Shown here: positions 22,889 to 24,000 of the stretch, piece after piece
How the letters are laid out: every line of letters begins with the position of its first letter
Position numbering within the stretch: the stretch's first letter is position 1
DNA from: Rhodobacteraceae bacterium UBA2553
GTDB lineage: Bacteria > Pseudomonadota > Alphaproteobacteria > Rhodobacterales > Rhodobacteraceae
DNA: 24,000 nucleotides
Direction: 5' to 3'
Assembly (NCBI GenBank): GCA_002340515.1
Contig: DDMF01000117.1
Span: 8,088 to 32,087 of the forward strand
Position numbers and translations under genes: made by a program
The notes under the pieces: generated by a model
Told to the model about the DNA's origin: nothing
Databases searched by the model: none
Seen by the model: only the letters and a program-made list of their open reading frames with translations

Positions 22889-22966
22889 TCGCCGTGTTGT
22901 GAGAATCAGGTGCGGCCTGTAAACTGCTCATGTAAATCCCGTTAAATACGGGAAAAAGAACAGTTT

Positions 22967-23998
22967 ATGAGCAGGTATTCAGGCATGTCGGACCCCGTTA
23001 CAAATGCAGAGATCGAGGATGTTCTGTCCTCGATCCGTCGTCTCGTTTCCGAAAATGTCTTGCCTCAGCCGGCGGCGAAAGCGGTGGAAACGCAACGGGA
23101 TCAAGACCTGTCACCAAAGCCTGCGTTTGGGACCGTGAGAGCGGCGGACAAGCTTGTCCTCACACCGGATTTTCGCGTGCATGAGACCCGAGAAGCGAAG
23201 GATGAACCGCGTTCTGAGCCGGTTCCGCTTGAGACTTCGGAGTTGTTGGAAAACGAAGAGGAGCTTTCGGGAACGGTGGCGTCAGTTGAGCCGGTGCAGG
23301 ATCCCCAATCCGAACATCAAGATGCAACCGACGCGGATCCTTGGCAGGACCTGAAAGATGATGTTTCTGAGCATTTGGCATCATCCGAACACGTGGAGCC
23401 TGATGCGAAGGTTCACCATGATCAAGCGCCCAGCCACGCAAAACCTGAGGCTGCGTCAGATCTGGAAGAGCCCTTGCAACTTAACGCAAGCGAGCAGGAG
23501 CCGGAGACCCCAAATACGGCGTCTACGGCTTGGCCTGCTGACATTTCAGCTTCTTTCGAGGGGGGGGAAGAGGAGACCCATCTTGAAGATCGTGTTGCTG
23601 AGTTGGAAGCTGCCGTGAGCGATAGCAGTGTCGAATTTGAGCCAGATCTGGGCGATACTGTTGAAGATCTGGGACCGGGAATTTTTCTGCGCCAGCGTGC
23701 GGAGCGTGCGCCAAAGGCCGATGATGATACTTGGGAAAAGGTAGAGGCCGATGTTTCCGATTTTGTCGACGCTGCCCGCGCCGTTGATGGGGCCGCGGCC
23801 GATACTGACGCTGACGAAGAGGATTTGAGGCTCGGCGAAGACGATACTTTGATCGACGAAGATATGCTCCGTGATTTGGTGGTGCGCCTTGTGCGTGAAG
23901 AGCTTCAAGGGGCGGTCGGTGAAAAGATTACGCGAAATGTTCGACGCTTGGTGCGTCGCGAGATCGAGCGTGCCCTGACGCTTAAGAGCTTGGAATAA
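22967..23998 (+). CDS. DUF2497 / PopZ-like acidic pole-organizing protein
   Basis: The N-terminal EIEDVLSSIRRLVSEN resembles the PopZ N-terminal helix. It has a long acidic Pro/Glu/Asp-rich linker. The C-terminal LRDLVVRLVREELQGAVGEKITRNVRRLVRREIERAL is DUF2497-like. Confidence 0.7.
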   Translation: MSRYSGMSDPVTNAEIEDVLSSIRRLVSENVLPQPAAKAVETQRDQDLSPKPAFGTVRAADKLVLTPDFRVHETREAKDEPRSEPVPLETSELLENEEELSGTVASVEPVQDPQSEHQDATDADPWQDLKDDVSEHLASSEHVEPDAKVHHDQAPSHAKPEAASDLEEPLQLNASEQEPETPNTASTAWPADISASFEGGEEETHLEDRVAELEAAVSDSSVEFEPDLGDTVEDLGPGIFLRQRAERAPKADDDTWEKVEADVSDFVDAARAVDGAAADTDADEEDLRLGEDDTLIDEDMLRDLVVRLVREELQGAVGEKITRNVRRLVRREIERALTLKSLE

Positions 23999-24000
23999 TA

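Noticed and set aside
22917-22951. A CATGTAAA-like pair (CTGTAAAC-TGCT-CATGTAAAT) between tolC and the PopZ-like gene, reminiscent of the integrase arm repeats at 2432 and 2661. A CCCGT-TAAAT-ACGGG hairpin lies next to it.
   Set aside because: The half-site spacing differs (13 versus 11 nt), the first unit is imperfect, and it lies in conserved core DNA. It is probably a coincidence or a local promoter element.
1-24000. A search for CRISPR arrays, IS transposases with terminal inverted repeats, rRNA, tmRNA, RNase P RNA signatures, and T1SS ABC/MFP genes for the RTX protein.
   Set aside because: I saw no regularly spaced repeat-spacer array, no transposase-like ORF and no signature motifs, so none is reported.

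Overview
This looks like an alphaproteobacterial chromosome segment. A Rhodobacterales-like origin is my inference from the gene content and the pcm-tolC-DUF2497/PopZ synteny. Only the right end (about 20.48-24.0 kb) is ordinary core: tRNA-Cys(GCA), pcm, tolC and a PopZ-like DUF2497 gene. The left ~20.4 kb is a mosaic of acquired DNA with strong compositional jumps, in four parts. (i) The right end of an island with a DUF4102/P4-type integrase. It ends in a 45-nt tRNA-Asn(GTT) 3' fragment flanked on both sides by paired CATGTAAA repeats, which is an attP-like layout. (ii) A hypothetical gene, a 3'-truncated GNAT remnant, a secreted Cys-rich protein and a 1625-aa RTX protein with an embedded six-blade FG-GAP-like array. 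(iii) A short catalytic-domain-only tyrosine recombinase, a lipoprotein and a small membrane protein. (iv) A putative integrative mobilizable element (IME) next to tRNA-Cys. It consists of a ~0.8 kb hairpin-dense noncoding leader, a third tyrosine recombinase, an unannotated 36-aa hydrophobic peptide, AlpA, a low-GC three-gene cargo cassette, a 2-TM protein, a TM-less T4CP-like ATPase and a replication-relaxation protein. The best candidate for an undescribed system is the low-GC cassette at 13.4-16.7 kb: a membrane-anchored protein and a secreted protein, translationally coupled, convergent with a DUF900-type alpha/beta hydrolase. The structured noncoding region at 11.18-11.98 kb is the second candidate. 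I saw no CRISPR array, rRNA or IS transposase. All family assignments come from motif recognition by eye, not database searches.
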